Counted from the first letter of the whole stretch, positions 41,645 to 55,145 are shown. The stretch is 63,754 nucleotides of DNA, filler included, from Octopus bimaculoides (GCF_001194135.2; 3 parts of 3 records of this genome joined end to end with filler, not necessarily neighbours in it); one strand, 5' to 3'. A program made the numbers and translations. The notes: a model not told the origin generated them from the letters alone.

Positions 41645-41860
41645 TAAGGCGGTGAGCTAACAGAATCGTCACCGCTCCGGGGCAAAATGCCTAGCGGCAT
41701 TTCTTCTGTCTCTACGCTCCGAGTTCAAATCCCACCGAGATCGACTTTAACTTTTATCCTTTCGGGATCGATAAAATAAGTACCAGTTGAAAACTGGGGT
41801 CGATGTAATCGACGTATCCCCTCCCAAGAAACTGCTGGCCTTATGCAAAAATTTAAAATC
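41645..41860 (+). mobile_element. SINE family A
   Basis: AAGGCGGTGAGCT head, GAGTTCAAATCC B box, shared core. Confidence 0.85.
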
Positions 41861-42080
41861 AATATATAATGTAAGTTTACAATGTAGTGGTGTAAGACAC
41901 ACATGCCGACACACACACGGCGGTACTGTCTTTGAAAGGCTTCGGCGTTAAAGGTCAGAACTGTTTACTACACCCAGGGTCATATGTTAATGTAGTTGTA
42001 ACTTTACTATGTTGAGTAATAAAAGAATTTTACTTTGCAGCATATAGTATATAGTTAGTTTTATTATGCAATGTAATCGT

Positions 42081-42273
42081 TAAGGCAGTGAGTTGGCAGA
42101 ATCGTTAGCACGTCGGGAAAATGTTCAACGTTCTGAGGTTACATTACGCCGGGGTTGACTTTACTTTTCATCCCTTCAGGGTCGACAAACTACCAGTGAA
42201 ACATTGGGGTCAATGTAATCTATTAGTCCCCCCCCCCACAATTTCAGGCTTTGTGTCTATGGTAGAAAGGATT
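42081..42273 (+). mobile_element. SINE family A
   Basis: AAGGCAGTGAGTTGGCAGAATCGTTAGCACG head and shared core. Confidence 0.8.
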
Positions 42274-42333
42274 ATGTAATGTAATTTTTTTTTATCATTA
42301 TTTGTATTTGCTTCAGTCATTCGACTGCAACAA

Positions 42334-42713
42334 CGCTCTTCATCGAACTCAATTGGACGGCCAGAACGAGGTGCGTGTGTGAGGTCAAAATTCCCATTTT
42401 TAAACTTAGCATACCTATTACGAGCGGTTCTTTCAGTTATGGCACCCTCTCCATACACATCACAACACAGAGCCTTCATTAAAAGCCAAAAGAAGGAGGT
42501 GTAGAAAATGCTTGTTTTTCTTAACTTGACAATCCATTTTAATGATCTGAAAATAAACAAAAAATAATTAAAATTAACTAGAAAAAACCCCCCAAAATAG
42601 ATTAAAAAATGATTCAAAAATAGAATTCTCGTAAAAGATAGATTACAACATTTAAAAACGCAATAAATTCCAAAATTTAAATAAACGGCGGTAACTTAGC
42701 TGCCAACCCAATA
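42334..42713 (-). mobile_element. mariner transposon 5' relic: TIR plus N-terminal HTH fragment, internally deleted
   Basis: CDVYGEGAITERTARNRYAKFKNGNFDLTHAPRSGRPIEFDEER is the mariner N-terminal HTH region; TIR TATTGGGTTGGCAGCTAAGTTA on the minus strand abuts (TA)n. Confidence 0.9.
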
Positions 42714-43690
42714 TATATATATATATATATATATANNNNNNNNNNNNNNNNNNNNNNNNNNNNNNNNNNNNNNNNNNNNNNNNNNNNNNNNNNNNNNNNN
42801 NNNNNNNNNNNNNNNNNNNNNNNNNNNNNNNNNNNNNNNNNNNNNNNNNNNNNNNNNNNNNNNNNNNNNNNNNNNNNNNNNNNNNNATATATATTATAAT
42901 ATAATATAATATAGGCAAAATAAGCGTGAACACAAAAAAAATCAATTTATTTATATAATAGTCAATTTCGTGTTCCCTACGCACGTTTCAATTCCCACCT
43001 TCATTCATATTTTACAATTAGAATTATGTTATGAGTTTAAAAGTTTAAAATCTCTTCAGGACAAAATTGATATATATTCCTATATATCCATTTACATCCT
43101 AATGGATGGAGAGCTCCTTACATAATGAATAGCAGCATATGTATATGTGTTTGTGTGTGTCGGCATGTGTGTCTTTAAATTCCGCTCTAAAAATAGCCAA
43201 ATGTTAGATTACGACCATAGTGGACAATGGCTAGTTGCAGTCTTGAAGAACTAGGTCATACTATTATTCACTCTTAATGGCATTTAGAATTTTTTTTTTT
43301 CTGAGGCTGGCTCTCACTGTTCTCCCTACTCACTTATCAGAAGAATAAAAATAAAAATATATACATTAGTAAGTATCCAAATCTATATAATTATTTAACT
43401 TTTACTTATTTAATTGTGAGAATTTAAATTTTTATTATTATTACAATTTTTTATTTAATTAAATGTATTAATCTTATTTGTTGATAGTTTGGGTAATTAT
43501 ATGTATTTTAAAAAATACTTCAATATTTATGCATTTTTAATGGGGGTACTATTCACTATGTATCACATGTATGGAACTGGATTATTTTCAAATGGTGAGA
43601 GTGCGTTTAAGATTTATTGCTCAGTTTATTTTAATTTTATCTTTCACGGAGTGTTTATTTAAATATAATTTATTATTTAAAATCTATTAA

Positions 43691-43725
<35 letters not shown>

Positions 43726-43823
43726 NNNNNNNNNNNNNNNNNNNNNNNNNNNNNNNNNNNNNNNNNNNNNNNNNNNNNNNNNNNNNNNNNNNNNNNNNNN
43801 NNNNNNNNNNNNNNNNNNNNNNN

Positions 43824-44030
43824 TATATACATTTATTATGATTGACCGTTGACTGAACACTATTCAGTTTGTTTTCTCCGTGTTTTTCTCCTTGTCTCCG
43901 TATTCTTTCTGTTGAAGAGCGTAGCTCGAAACGTCAAAGACTTTCCGTATTCCCGAGCGTCATACTAATGCATCCTTTTGTTATTTACACCACCTGTCCT
44001 TGTCTGTTGTTTTTTCGTACATTCTCCCAT
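43824..44030 (+). mobile_element. Penelope-like element terminal (pLTR) fragment, probable
   Basis: About 200-bp unit carrying the hammerhead-like TGAAGAGC..GCTCGAAACGT motif; (TA)n on the right, and a gap preceded by (TA)n on the left; PLE assignment is inference. Confidence 0.5.
43904..43940 (+). ncRNA. Minimal type I hammerhead ribozyme-like motif with A6-to-U core variant
   Basis: TCTTT-CTGTTGA-A-GAGC-GTA-GCTC-GAA-ACGT-C-AAAGA: perfect 5-bp helix I, perfect 4-bp helix II, palindromic ACGT helix III, GUC cleavage triplet. Confidence 0.6.
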
Positions 44031-44113
44031 ATATATATATACATGTATATACATATATACACATGCATACATACATGCATACATACTTACATATATACAT
44101 ATACATACATACA

Positions 44114-44147
<34 letters not shown>

Positions 44148-45063
44148 CATGATAAGCCTTCTCGAGTTATCTTCGAGCTCGAGTCTAGTGAAAATGTAAC
44201 TACCAATACCTGACGTTGTGACCCTCCAGTTATGTCATCACTTGTATATTGCTACCAATATGAGAGGAGATTTTTGAGCAACCCTTCACTTTGATTTCTT
44301 ATCTCATTTTCAGAATGGGTCCGGCACACACATACATGTGCCATAAATGGAAGACACATCATGTAGGCCTTAACTGTTTCCTTGAGAGCACATGGAAATC
44401 TCCTCTAATTTTTCATGAAGCAGAGCTATGTTACATTTCCCCATGATTTAAAATAAATTCCTGAGGTACTGAGAGGTACACACTTTTGTAATGTAGTGCT
44501 GTCAGGTCACTCTTTGAAAATGATCTTGACCGCTATCTCATGCAACGTTTAAGAAGTAATTCTAGTAAATAAGATATTAGAATATTTGTTCGTATCATAC
44601 AATTTTGTGTTGTATTTACTGCGGTGGTGGTATTGGTAGTCATATTAGTACTTTTGTATTCAATGATATGCAGTTTTATCAGTTTCCAACAACTACATCG
44701 ATAAATTACATAAAAAAGAAACCTATAAATTACACATATTCCTTGTTATGAAAGGACAATTAATTCATGAATTAATGTCTATTCGAGAATTTAACATCGT
44801 TCATGAATTAATCGTCTATTCAACTACATTTCTTTAACCCGAATGACAATTTAAATCATTCTCTTCCTTTGGTAGCTAATTTGCTGTACCAAAAGGTAAG
44901 TTACACGAAATATACGCTAATATTAATATTTAGAAGTTAACATATTGTTTTCTCTGTTATTGTTATTTTTCTTTTATTTATATGTAATGCCGTTTGCATT
45001 CTGTGAGCTTCCTAAAAGATGTTTCACAACACTCTAAGCGAATTATAACAATGTCTATCATTA

Positions 45064-45118
<55 letters not shown>

Positions 45119-45272
45119 AGATTTATCTATCTATCTTTCTATCCATCCATCCGTCCACCCATCCATCTAGCGTATGTTAAACACAAGCTTCCCCGTGTAC
45201 AAAAACATGCATTTATATGACATTATATTTGCATGAATATGTATACACACACGTACACACAAACACACACTT

Positions 45273-45312
<40 letters not shown>

Positions 45313-45626
45313 ATATAAACATGCACCCATATAAACAAACTTTAGGAGCGTCAAATGTGGTTGGTATTTTGCGCACAAGAAAATAAATTTCGAACGCAGT
45401 GAAGCTGTAAGGACATTTACCCTTATAAGATGGAAAAAAGCAGCTCTGGTATAATCAATATTATTAACGACATATAATTAATGTAATGTTATTATCAGTC
45501 CGAATATGCTTAGAGCATGTCCGAACTGGGGAACAAGCTACTCATTGCATCTTGTCACGGAAAAAATATATCCCGTTTGTCGATATATCCCATTTGATGA
45601 TTAGCTTGCAGCGCCGACTACCCAGA

Positions 45627-45674
45627 CTGTGAGATGCTAGCGTTTCGGAGTAGTTATCTCCTCTTCGGTCACAG
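45627..45674 (-). ncRNA. Type I hammerhead ribozyme-like motif (U4-to-C, one helix III mismatch)
   Basis: Minus strand CTGTGA-CCGAAGA-GGAG-ATAACTA-CTCC-GAA-ACGCTAGCAT-C-TCACAG: perfect 6-bp helix I and 4-bp helix II; helix III is one change from the palindrome ACGCTAGCGT. Confidence 0.6.
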
Positions 45675-45724
45675 ATACTGTATATGCTTCGTGTATTTTC
45701 CTGTGACTGCAATAGCGTGGTAGA

Positions 45725-45758
<34 letters not shown>

Positions 45759-46439
45759 TAGCTTGCTTTTCTGATATGCTATATTAAAGTGACATCTGTT
45801 TTCATGTTTAATCTGCTTTATTAAATATTTTTTCATATTACCTTATTAGCCATTTACATGTAGCTTCGAATAATAGCGTTGCAAACTCTATTAATCTTAC
45901 AAAACCTTCTCGGATCAATCATCTTGCTCGACTGATCATAGAAGTACATTGCTGTCGCATTTTGCAGTAGGTAACAAATAATCATTGGATTACTAATAAT
46001 TATGGTCGGTTTTAAAATTGACTGATTATTTCCAAGTAATTTTCATAGATTAATTTGCATAAGTTATATCGCAGTTGAGTTTTTGAATACATTTTGTGCT
46101 TTGCCTTTAATAAAACATTGATTAACTATTAAAATTTTTCTGTATTTGTTATATTTGGGAACGGTCATTTGTTTTGCTAATTAATCGTACTCACTATATA
46201 CTTGTTCTTCATTTCAGCTTTATTATTGTTCTTATTTTATGTATTTCATTTGGAAATATTTTGTCACGCATCATGTGACCTCTTTAGCGACTCTCCATTC
46301 CAAGTATCTCCTCCTGTTCTGTTTAGTACATTCTGTCTATGTACCCACACACGGTCCAGTCCCTTTTGCGGTGTGATGGCTTTTGTGTGTCAATGACCTT
46401 AAGAATTATGCCAGAGAGCGCAAACTCCTGTTAGATCTT

Positions 46440-46725
46440 TCCATAATGGACAACTCAGAGTAGAGGACAAATTAATATGGATTACCTCTTCCTAGAGGTA
46501 ATAATAGGTTCATGAAGAGCCAACACTCCTACCTACAAAAAAGTAAGCTTACAGAATCACCGATGGCAATTCAAAACAGACAAAACCCGGAAGAGGAAGG
46601 TCTTCCGCCAGGAAAACATATGAGATAAGATACTAAAATAGAGCTGAAAAAAGAGGGATCCAACTGGAGAGAAGCAGACAAGACAGCTAAAAGACGGCAA
46701 CAGTGGAGAAAAGTCGTCTGTAGCA
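46440..46725 (+). mobile_element. RTE-clade LINE 3' ORF fragment (degenerate)
   Basis: Translation KKEGSNWREADKTAKRRQQWRKVVCS matches the RTE C-terminal W.EA...A.DR..WR..V motif; upstream frameshifted RKR/GR motif. Confidence 0.75.
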
Positions 46726-47782
46726 AGCAAATTCTTTTTGGCATAAAACAGAATACGCTTTATAAATAATTAGATAATAGTGATGAATAGTATATTATTT
46801 TTCTTTTTAAATTCCGAGCATGTAATAGGGTATAATGTTTAATGATGGGTTCTTTTCTGCATCGGTTACCGATGTAGTTGTTTGAAGCTGATACAACTAT
46901 TATTTAAATACAAAAATCTGACGTTGTATCAAACCCACAAACATTCATTTTTGTTTCTTTTATCACAAAATCGAAGGAGGAAGGACATTGTATCTGTCAC
47001 TTTTCACGCCTCCAAAACTTGTTGAAGGATGAAAATATGTATAATCAATCTAGGGATATGGTCGAAATGCTTGCAATAGATACATAAATCTATCAGGTGA
47101 CAGTATTAAACCGATTGACGGATTAGGTTTATTAGTCAAAAGAAAAAAATAAAGAGAAAAGAAAGTAAGATTGAACGTTCATTCCGATTAATTTCCCATT
47201 CAGTTTCTGTCTACAAAATTTCACTGAAGCCAACAAGGGTGCCTTTTGTGGTTATTTGAGCTGTTAGAAAAAGCAACAAAATTTGCTGAAAAATCACATC
47301 CTGGTATAATAAGAAAGGTATGAATAGGTTAGATCATGCATTCACTGATATACATTGTCTTGTATATGTTTGATTATAGTTCAGCCTGGTGATGGCTCAC
47401 TAGGAGCTAAACAGCAATATCAACAACCGAATTAAACCATCGAGGTTTTGGTCAACTTAAACTTATAATACAAGACACTTTCTCAAAGAGCAGAGGATTG
47501 ATACTGAAACCCAAGCTATATATTTCCGATGCGGATTTCAGAAAGCACACGACTATGCCGGACTATTCCATCTTCGATTTGTAGTTCTATTTACGTAACT
47601 ATAAGCACTGTACTTATCGATATAGTCATACTAATTACTAATGATGAACTCGCCCACCGAAGACGGCGGCGTATGAGTGTTCAGTTTTTGTACCACGACC
47701 TGCGTAAATGATTTGTTTATAGTGGTTTGTTATAGCTCACTCCCTCGATCAAATCGATGTTGCCTGATCAGGTGCACAGTGT

Positions 47783-47925
47783 ACCACGAGTCAGGTGTCG
47801 AAGCAATCGCAGAGCAACGTGAGACGAAGTGTTTTGCTCAAGAGCACAACGCACCATCCAGTCTAGGAATTGAAACCATGATCTCAAGATCGTGAGTGCA
47901 ACGCTCTAATCGCTAGACCATGCGT
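47783..47925 (-). mobile_element. SINE family C
   Basis: Reverse complement of the head and CTTGAGCAAAACACTT core. Confidence 0.75.
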
Positions 47926-48139
47926 CCTGAGAATACTAAGGATCAATACTAATAAACATGATCACAGAATGCATATAACTATCTATATACATGCATAGTA
48001 CTTATTTCTGTGGCCTCTCATTCCTCTCTTCGTCTCTCCATCTCGCCATATACAAACGCATAGATTCTCCAACACGCACATTCACACATATATGTATAGA
48101 GAGCTACAGGTGGAAGGGTAGTTAGGCATGTAATATATC

Positions 48140-48154
48140 CTATAAAGTATAATT

Positions 48155-48223
<69 letters not shown>

Positions 48224-48444
48224 CACACACACATACAAATATGTACAAACATATGCACGTATATACGCAAAGTTACACATATACACTCATACACCCCCTA
48301 CACTTACACACAACAGAAAAGGTTCGAATGCAAAATTGAAGAAAAGAAAAATAGATGATGAATAATGGTTGACAGATGTGACTTTTTTTACGAAAACTAA
48401 ATTAAATATGCGAAAACCTGGTTCACATATGTGCACTATGTAGC

Positions 48445-48478
<34 letters not shown>

Positions 48479-48515
48479 TATACATACACACATACATACA
48501 TATATATATATACAT

Positions 48516-48557
<42 letters not shown>

Positions 48558-48643
48558 TTCCTTTCCTGAGCGTCCAATAATACTATCCATATCACGTCCT
48601 CACTTTGTTGTTTTTTTGTTTTTTTGTTATTGTGTTTTTGGAC

Positions 48644-48675
<32 letters not shown>

Positions 48676-48900
48676 CATACATATATATACACATACGTAC
48701 ACATGCACGCGCACACACTCAGACATATACATGGACACATACATTTAGAGTTGTGTATAAATACATATACATACATACATACATACACACATACATACAT
48801 GCATACACACACACACACGCACACGCACGCACACACACTTACACGCACGCACACACACACGCGCACACTCACACACACGTGTATAAGTCTGTATATAAAC
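48140..48900. repeat. Extended (CA)/(TA)/(TACA) microsatellite field
   Basis: Direct inspection. Confidence 0.9.
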
Positions 48901-49246
48901 GTCTGTATTTGTGTATATTCTGCATACATACATATCTAAGTATGTCTTTGTTAATGCAGTTAAAATTGAGCTTCTCTAGTTACAGTAGTCTTTTAATATG
49001 TAAGAACGTCTAAAATGCGATATATTTTCAAAACAACAGCGAGAGCTTCTTAACATGTGAGTTTAAATCTAAACAAATACAAACACATTTCATACGTCCC
49101 TCAGACACCCTTGGCTCTGTCATTCTCCTTGCTTTCAAAACAATAGAGAAAAACGACAATCAAGACAAAAAATGTTTTCTGTTTATTTAGCCACCTACGT
49201 ACATCCATACTTATCTTCTCCTCCCCATTCTTTCTAACAGGCGTAC

Positions 49247-49288
<42 letters not shown>

Positions 49289-49601
49289 AGAAGTTACATA
49301 ATACTTATAATTATAAAGCTGGTTAAAAATTGGAACTAAACAGAAAACGAGCTAGGTTAACGATACAAGAAGTATTCAGTTAACGCCCGAATTTTTTTCT
49401 GTTAGATTATCAGTTTTCCGAATATTCATGCAATTCTTTTTTATATTTAAATCTAGACAGATTATCATTGGCCTACTGAATCCATCTTGATTAAGTTGTA
49501 CCGTTGAAAAATTTATCATAGCATTATCAGGGCTCCAAGAGAAATTTTGCATGGCGGTACAAGATCCCTTTGGAGCCCCAGTCTGTAGCTAGGTACAGAA
49601 A

Positions 49602-49830
49602 CGAGCTGGCAGAAACGTTAGCACACCGGGCGAAATGCTTAGCCGTATTTCGTCTGCCGCTACGTTCTGAGTTCAAATTCCGCCGAGGTCGACTTTGCCT
49701 TTCATCCTTTCGGGGTCAATTAAATAAGTACCAGTTATGCACTGGGGTCGATATAATCGACTTAATCCGTGTTTGTGTGTCCTTGTTTGTCCTCTCTGGT
49801 GTGTAGCCCCTTGTGGGTAGTAAAGAAATA
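49602..49830 (+). mobile_element. SINE family A, young subtype with a different 3' end
   Basis: Near-consensus head and core, then TGTCCTTGTTTGTCC..GCCCCTTGTGGGTAGTAAAGAAATA. Confidence 0.9.
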
Positions 49831-51265
49831 ACTCTTGGTTCTATCATATGTCTATACAACCAGGCCTACAATAATTAATAATAAATACAATTTAAAAGAA
49901 GTGTGATGTTGATTAGTATAGTGATGCTTGAATATATGAATTTAAGTGTATGTCGGGCTGGGGGTAGTGGAAGGTACTTGTTTTCAAGGGGAGATGAATG
50001 TTACGTAGTTACTGTGGGGCTCTTTTTATCTCTTGGACCCCGGAACAAAGTACCGGCTGGACACCACTCTCAGAGGCCCTGGGCATTATACTAAAGACAT
50101 AGCAGTAATTATAGTAAACTTTATGCTAACTTGAAGGTTGCAGGCTTCCGTGGTATTTTTTTTTATATTCGGGGAAGATTTGGGGTTTTTACTTGAAGTT
50201 TAACAAAACACCTTACCGTTAAAGAATATACTCCTTTAATCTTTTTTTGTGAAAGGCATAAAACTGCGGACTTGCTGGAAAACTGTCTTGGAGAGTTTTG
50301 TCAGTTGTTTATTCTGCCGCACTTTTGCTGAACTGCTAAGTCATGAGGACGTAAATAAAAACAACACCGGTTACCAGAACGCTACGCGCACATGCATATG
50401 TACATGCATGCATGTGTGCGCGCGCGCGCACGTGCGCATGTATTAGAAAGAAAAAATTATGATACCTTTTACTCCAACAACTTTGCTTTAAAATGGTGCT
50501 ACATGTTTTGCCATTTCATTCTTTCTAATACATATAAACTCACTCAATAATGAAGCACCTATAGTTATTCATTACTTGGCAGCTACAGCACCACTTTGTT
50601 AGTCGCAGTTCGAATCAAGGTTTTTATGGTAAACCAACGTAAGGACTTATCGTATATGCGTCTTACATTACCTCATTAGACGCAATTTTATCTGTACTCC
50701 CTCTCCATCCCTTTTCTCTTTCTCTCTCTTTAGACACACACACACATATACATATGTATATATACATACAAACACATATATACACATATGCATATGTATA
50801 TACATATCCATACATAAACATATACATACATACATACATACATACATACATACATACATACATACATACATACATACATACATACATTGGTGCCTTGTTG
50901 TACCACAAGTATTTATAATTCTACCTTTACAGTGCTTTATTTGGTTGGAAAGTGATACTATTGTATTGCAATGATATTTAAAATTTTATAGAAAACTGTT
51001 TAACTGATCTCCGTTGTGTTAACGGGTTGGCGTTCAACCGAATATACTGGCAAGACGTCTATTGTAGGTTGTCCATTTTTCTGATGTTCTTCCTGGTGGT
51101 AAGACGGACATTTTTAAAGTTCGCTGCCGGCATACATCTTTGCCAGTATGCATTTCAGTGAAGCTTTGCATAGCGTCGTATCGTTATCGACTGCTATATC
51201 CAGCAAAAATTGGTGCCTTTTTGTACCACTATTACTTATTTATATATGTATATATAAACTTTCTC

Positions 51266-51778
51266 TTAATAAACGTCTGGTGCGTGTTTCGTACCGTTAC
51301 TAAAAAATGAAATAATGCATTGTAAATAAACGACAGATAAAAAAAATGTATACGTATAAGACACAGAGGGTCTCTAATTCTTCATCAGTTATCAACCAGA
51401 ATGGTAATACTCAGTTTCGTACCATCAGTGATAGGACTAAGGGGCTTCATATCTTTGCAGTGCCTGCGAAAGACGCAGAGAATCAGGCCTCAAGCAAACA
51501 AAACTATACAGAGTGAATATACGAAAGTAAAAAAAAGTGTAATTTCAGACGATGGACAAAGACGAAACGAGCAAAATACGGCCTTGCGGTCAAAAGACAG
51601 TAACACTTAGAAAAAATCCTGAAGGATATAGACAACAGTAATTAGCAAGGGAGTGAAGGTTTTTTTGTGACCGAACCGCTGGGCGGCCAGTGAGAAAGAG
51701 AGAATGAAGAAAAACTGACCACGGATCACGTGGCAGAGGAGAAATGGAGAGAGAGCAACAGAGAGAAGAGAGAGAGAA

Positions 51779-51829
<51 letters not shown>

Positions 51830-52107
51830 GAAAATGGACTAGAAATAGAAGTAACAAAGTGATAGACAAAAGATGTAAACTTACTGTTAATAAACGTTTG
51901 GTGTGTGTTGCGTACCGTTACTAATAAATGAAAAATGCATTGCAAATATACAACGACAGGTAAAAAAACGTACACGCATAAGATACAGAGGGTTCCTAAC
52001 TCTTCATCAGTTATCAACCAGAATGGTAATACTCAGTTTCACGACCCTCTGTGTCTGATACGTATACGCTTTTTATCTGTCGTTGTTTATTTACAATGCA
52101 TTTTTCA
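51266..52107 (-). mobile_element. Penelope-like remnant: two direct ~153-bp repeats plus a partial inverted copy
   Basis: Direct repeats at 51266-51418 and 51887-52040; 52043-52107 is the reverse complement of part of the unit; TA-rich flanks; CTGATGAAG on the minus strand. Confidence 0.5.
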
Positions 52108-52157
<50 letters not shown>

Positions 52158-52514
52158 TGTCTACATGTGTGTGTGTGTGTGCATATTTTCTAGTAAAGAA
52201 ATAAATTAGCTTCTCGGTGGTTGGTCTACAACAGGCATTGAATTCCTTGTTGTAGGTGGCATACATGTACTTCAAAAGCACGTAAGACTTGTGGTTTGAG
52301 TCGTTCCCAATTGTTCAGATGCTTAACATGTGGTGTTTTCAGACTGAAAGTTATGTCAACAAATGCCTCGATATACGAGTTAATTTTACCCGGGGACTAC
52401 TCGTAAAACAGAGCATAATTTCCCATAGTAGCAATGTTATAAATCGTAATTCGTTCCCAGAAAAATATTTTACCTACAAAATTTATAATACTCGTAAATA
52501 AATGGCAATAAAAC

Positions 52515-52935
52515 AAATTTTTTATTTGTTTCAGTCAGTGGACTGCGCCCAAGCTGAGGTACTGCCTTGAACTGTTTTAGTCAAGAAATTGACCCCACTA
52601 CTTATTTTTAAGTCTGGTATTTATTCTGTTTTTGTTTTCTTTTGTTTTTTAAGCCGAACCGCTAAATTACGAGAATGTAACAAACGAAAACTGGTTATCA
52701 AAGCGATCGGTAGAACAAACACAGCCACTATGACACACACAGACATACACACATTCGCATACTCTCACACAAGCACACAGACACACACATATATGCAACA
52801 GACTTCCACACAATTTTCTCTTTTACCAAATTCACTCCCAAGGCATTAACCGGTCTGGGGCTACAGTAGAAGACACCTGCCCCAAGATACCGCCAGAGGG
52901 ACTGGACTCAAAATTACAAGCGTGCAAATCTAGCT
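52515..52935 (-). mobile_element. SINE family B, diverged
   Basis: Colinear with the family B consensus on the minus strand. Confidence 0.75.
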
Positions 52936-53422
52936 TCTTAAATTTAGCCATACTTCCGCCAATATCTCGTACTTGTCTTCAAAATATATATTGTTTCTTT
53001 TAATCTGCAATACAATTTGGAAAACCTATCCATCAATTCATTTATTAAGTCCAAATATATTATGACTCGTATATAAACCCGAAAAGCGTATACTCTTTTC
53101 ATTTATAACTATAATACATGACAATAACTGAACGCTAATGTCAAACAACCCTTTAAATAGTAACTTCCTGCCAATCATTGTGGAACGTGTGACAGTCGTA
53201 CATCATAAAAGGGACGATTAAATTAAACATGAGTAAATAAAAATAGGATAGTGTTTTAAGAGTCCTTAGGCGTTTCACTTATTTTTAGTTCTCATTGACT
53301 AATACGATCATGAATTCTCATATCTTCTACTCAATCAATTTTACAGTGAACGAATATTAATTTATACGCATTAAATATACGTATGTCTGTATGTGTGCAT
53401 ATATATTGATATGGATATAGGT

Positions 53423-53551
<129 letters not shown>

Positions 53552-54733
53552 AACAAATTAGCTAGTTGAAAACTTTGTATAGGAGATGAAAGCAGTAACT
53601 ACACTGAGAAGTAATATTTATTGCCACTTCAACAGCTGAATGAGGCGTCCTCCTGGAGTTTAAATGGTGCTACGTCTGCTTTATATACATATATATATAT
53701 AAGGGTGAGATACATAAATCCAAGCGTAGGAAGTCTGTAACCTTCAAGCAGTCCGTGTCAGGTATAGAAAGCAAAAATGGACTGGGTACTGAAAGGAACA
53801 ATAACAGCTTATTGGCGTCGTAGAATTCTTCTGGGTTCACCACTTATTTCAATTCATATCTGACGTGAGTTAACTTGGGAATCGCAAATGACAATGTAAC
53901 CTTCATGTAATTAAGTTATTCCCGGCCTGATGAATAGATTAGCTGAGGTACCGCTTGTTGAGTAATTATTATATCAGAGGATCACCTAGCCAAAAAGCAT
54001 ATGTAGGCTGGATTTACCCGTTCCACTCCCTCAATTTGTATATATATATATATATATATATATNNNNNNNNNNNNNNNNNNNNNNNNNNNNNNNNNNNNN
54101 NNNNNNNNNNNNNNNNNNNNNNNNNNNNNNNNNNNNNNNNNNNNNNNNNNNNNNNNNNNNNNNNNNNNNNNNNNNNNNNNNNNNNNNNNNNNNNNNNNNN
54201 NNNNNNNNNNNNNNNNNNNNNNNNNNNNNNNNNNNNNNNNNNNNNNNNNNNNNNNNNNNNNNNNNNNNNNNNNNNNNNNNNNNNNNNNNNNNNNNNNNNN
54301 NNNNNNNNNNNNNNNNNNNNNNNNNNNNNNNNNNNNNNNNNNNNNNNNNNNNNNNNNNNNNNNNNNNNNNNNNNNNNNNNNNNNNNNNNNNNNNNNNNNN
54401 NNNNNNNNNNNNNNNNNNNNNNNNNNNNNNNNNNNNNNNNNNNNNNNNNNNNNNNNNNNNNNNNNNNNNNNNNNNNNNNNNNNNNNNNNNNNNNNNNNNN
54501 NNNNNNNNNNNNNNNNNNNNNNNNNNNNNNNNNNNNNNNNNNNNNNNNNNNNNNNNNNNNNNNNNNNNNNNNNNNNNNNNNNNNNNNNNNNNNNNNNNNN
54601 NNNNNNNNNNNNNNNNNNNNNNNNNNNNNNNNNNNNNNNNNNNNNNNNNNNNNNNNNNNNNNNNNNNNNNNNNNNNNNNNNNNNNNNNNNNNNNNNNNNN
54701 NNNNNNNNNNNNNNNNNNNNNNNNNNNNNNNNN

Positions 54734-54786
<53 letters not shown>

Positions 54787-54827
54787 TGGTTAGATAGACA
54801 GACAGTTATTCAAACAGACAGACAGAC

Positions 54828-54873
<46 letters not shown>

Positions 54874-55145
54874 GATGACAGGTTTCTGTACAATTTCCAT
54901 TTACGCAATTCTACTCAGTTTTTTCGGTTACGGAAGACTATAAGTCACTTCCTATGGAAATGAAACAAGCACTACATGTTTGTGAAGCGACTTTCCTAAC
55001 CACACAGCGATGCGCCCATAGAAAACGTCCATCAATGCCTTTGTGCTGCGCCCATACAAAACGTGCATGAATGTCTTTGCCAGCATATATATGCATGTTA
55101 TGCTTGCACGTGCCATCATATATGTAAATGTATGTAAAAATGTAT

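Noticed and set aside
42970-43010. Minus-strand TGAAG..GAAACGT, PLE/hammerhead-like ending
   Set aside because: Core and helix II not formable.
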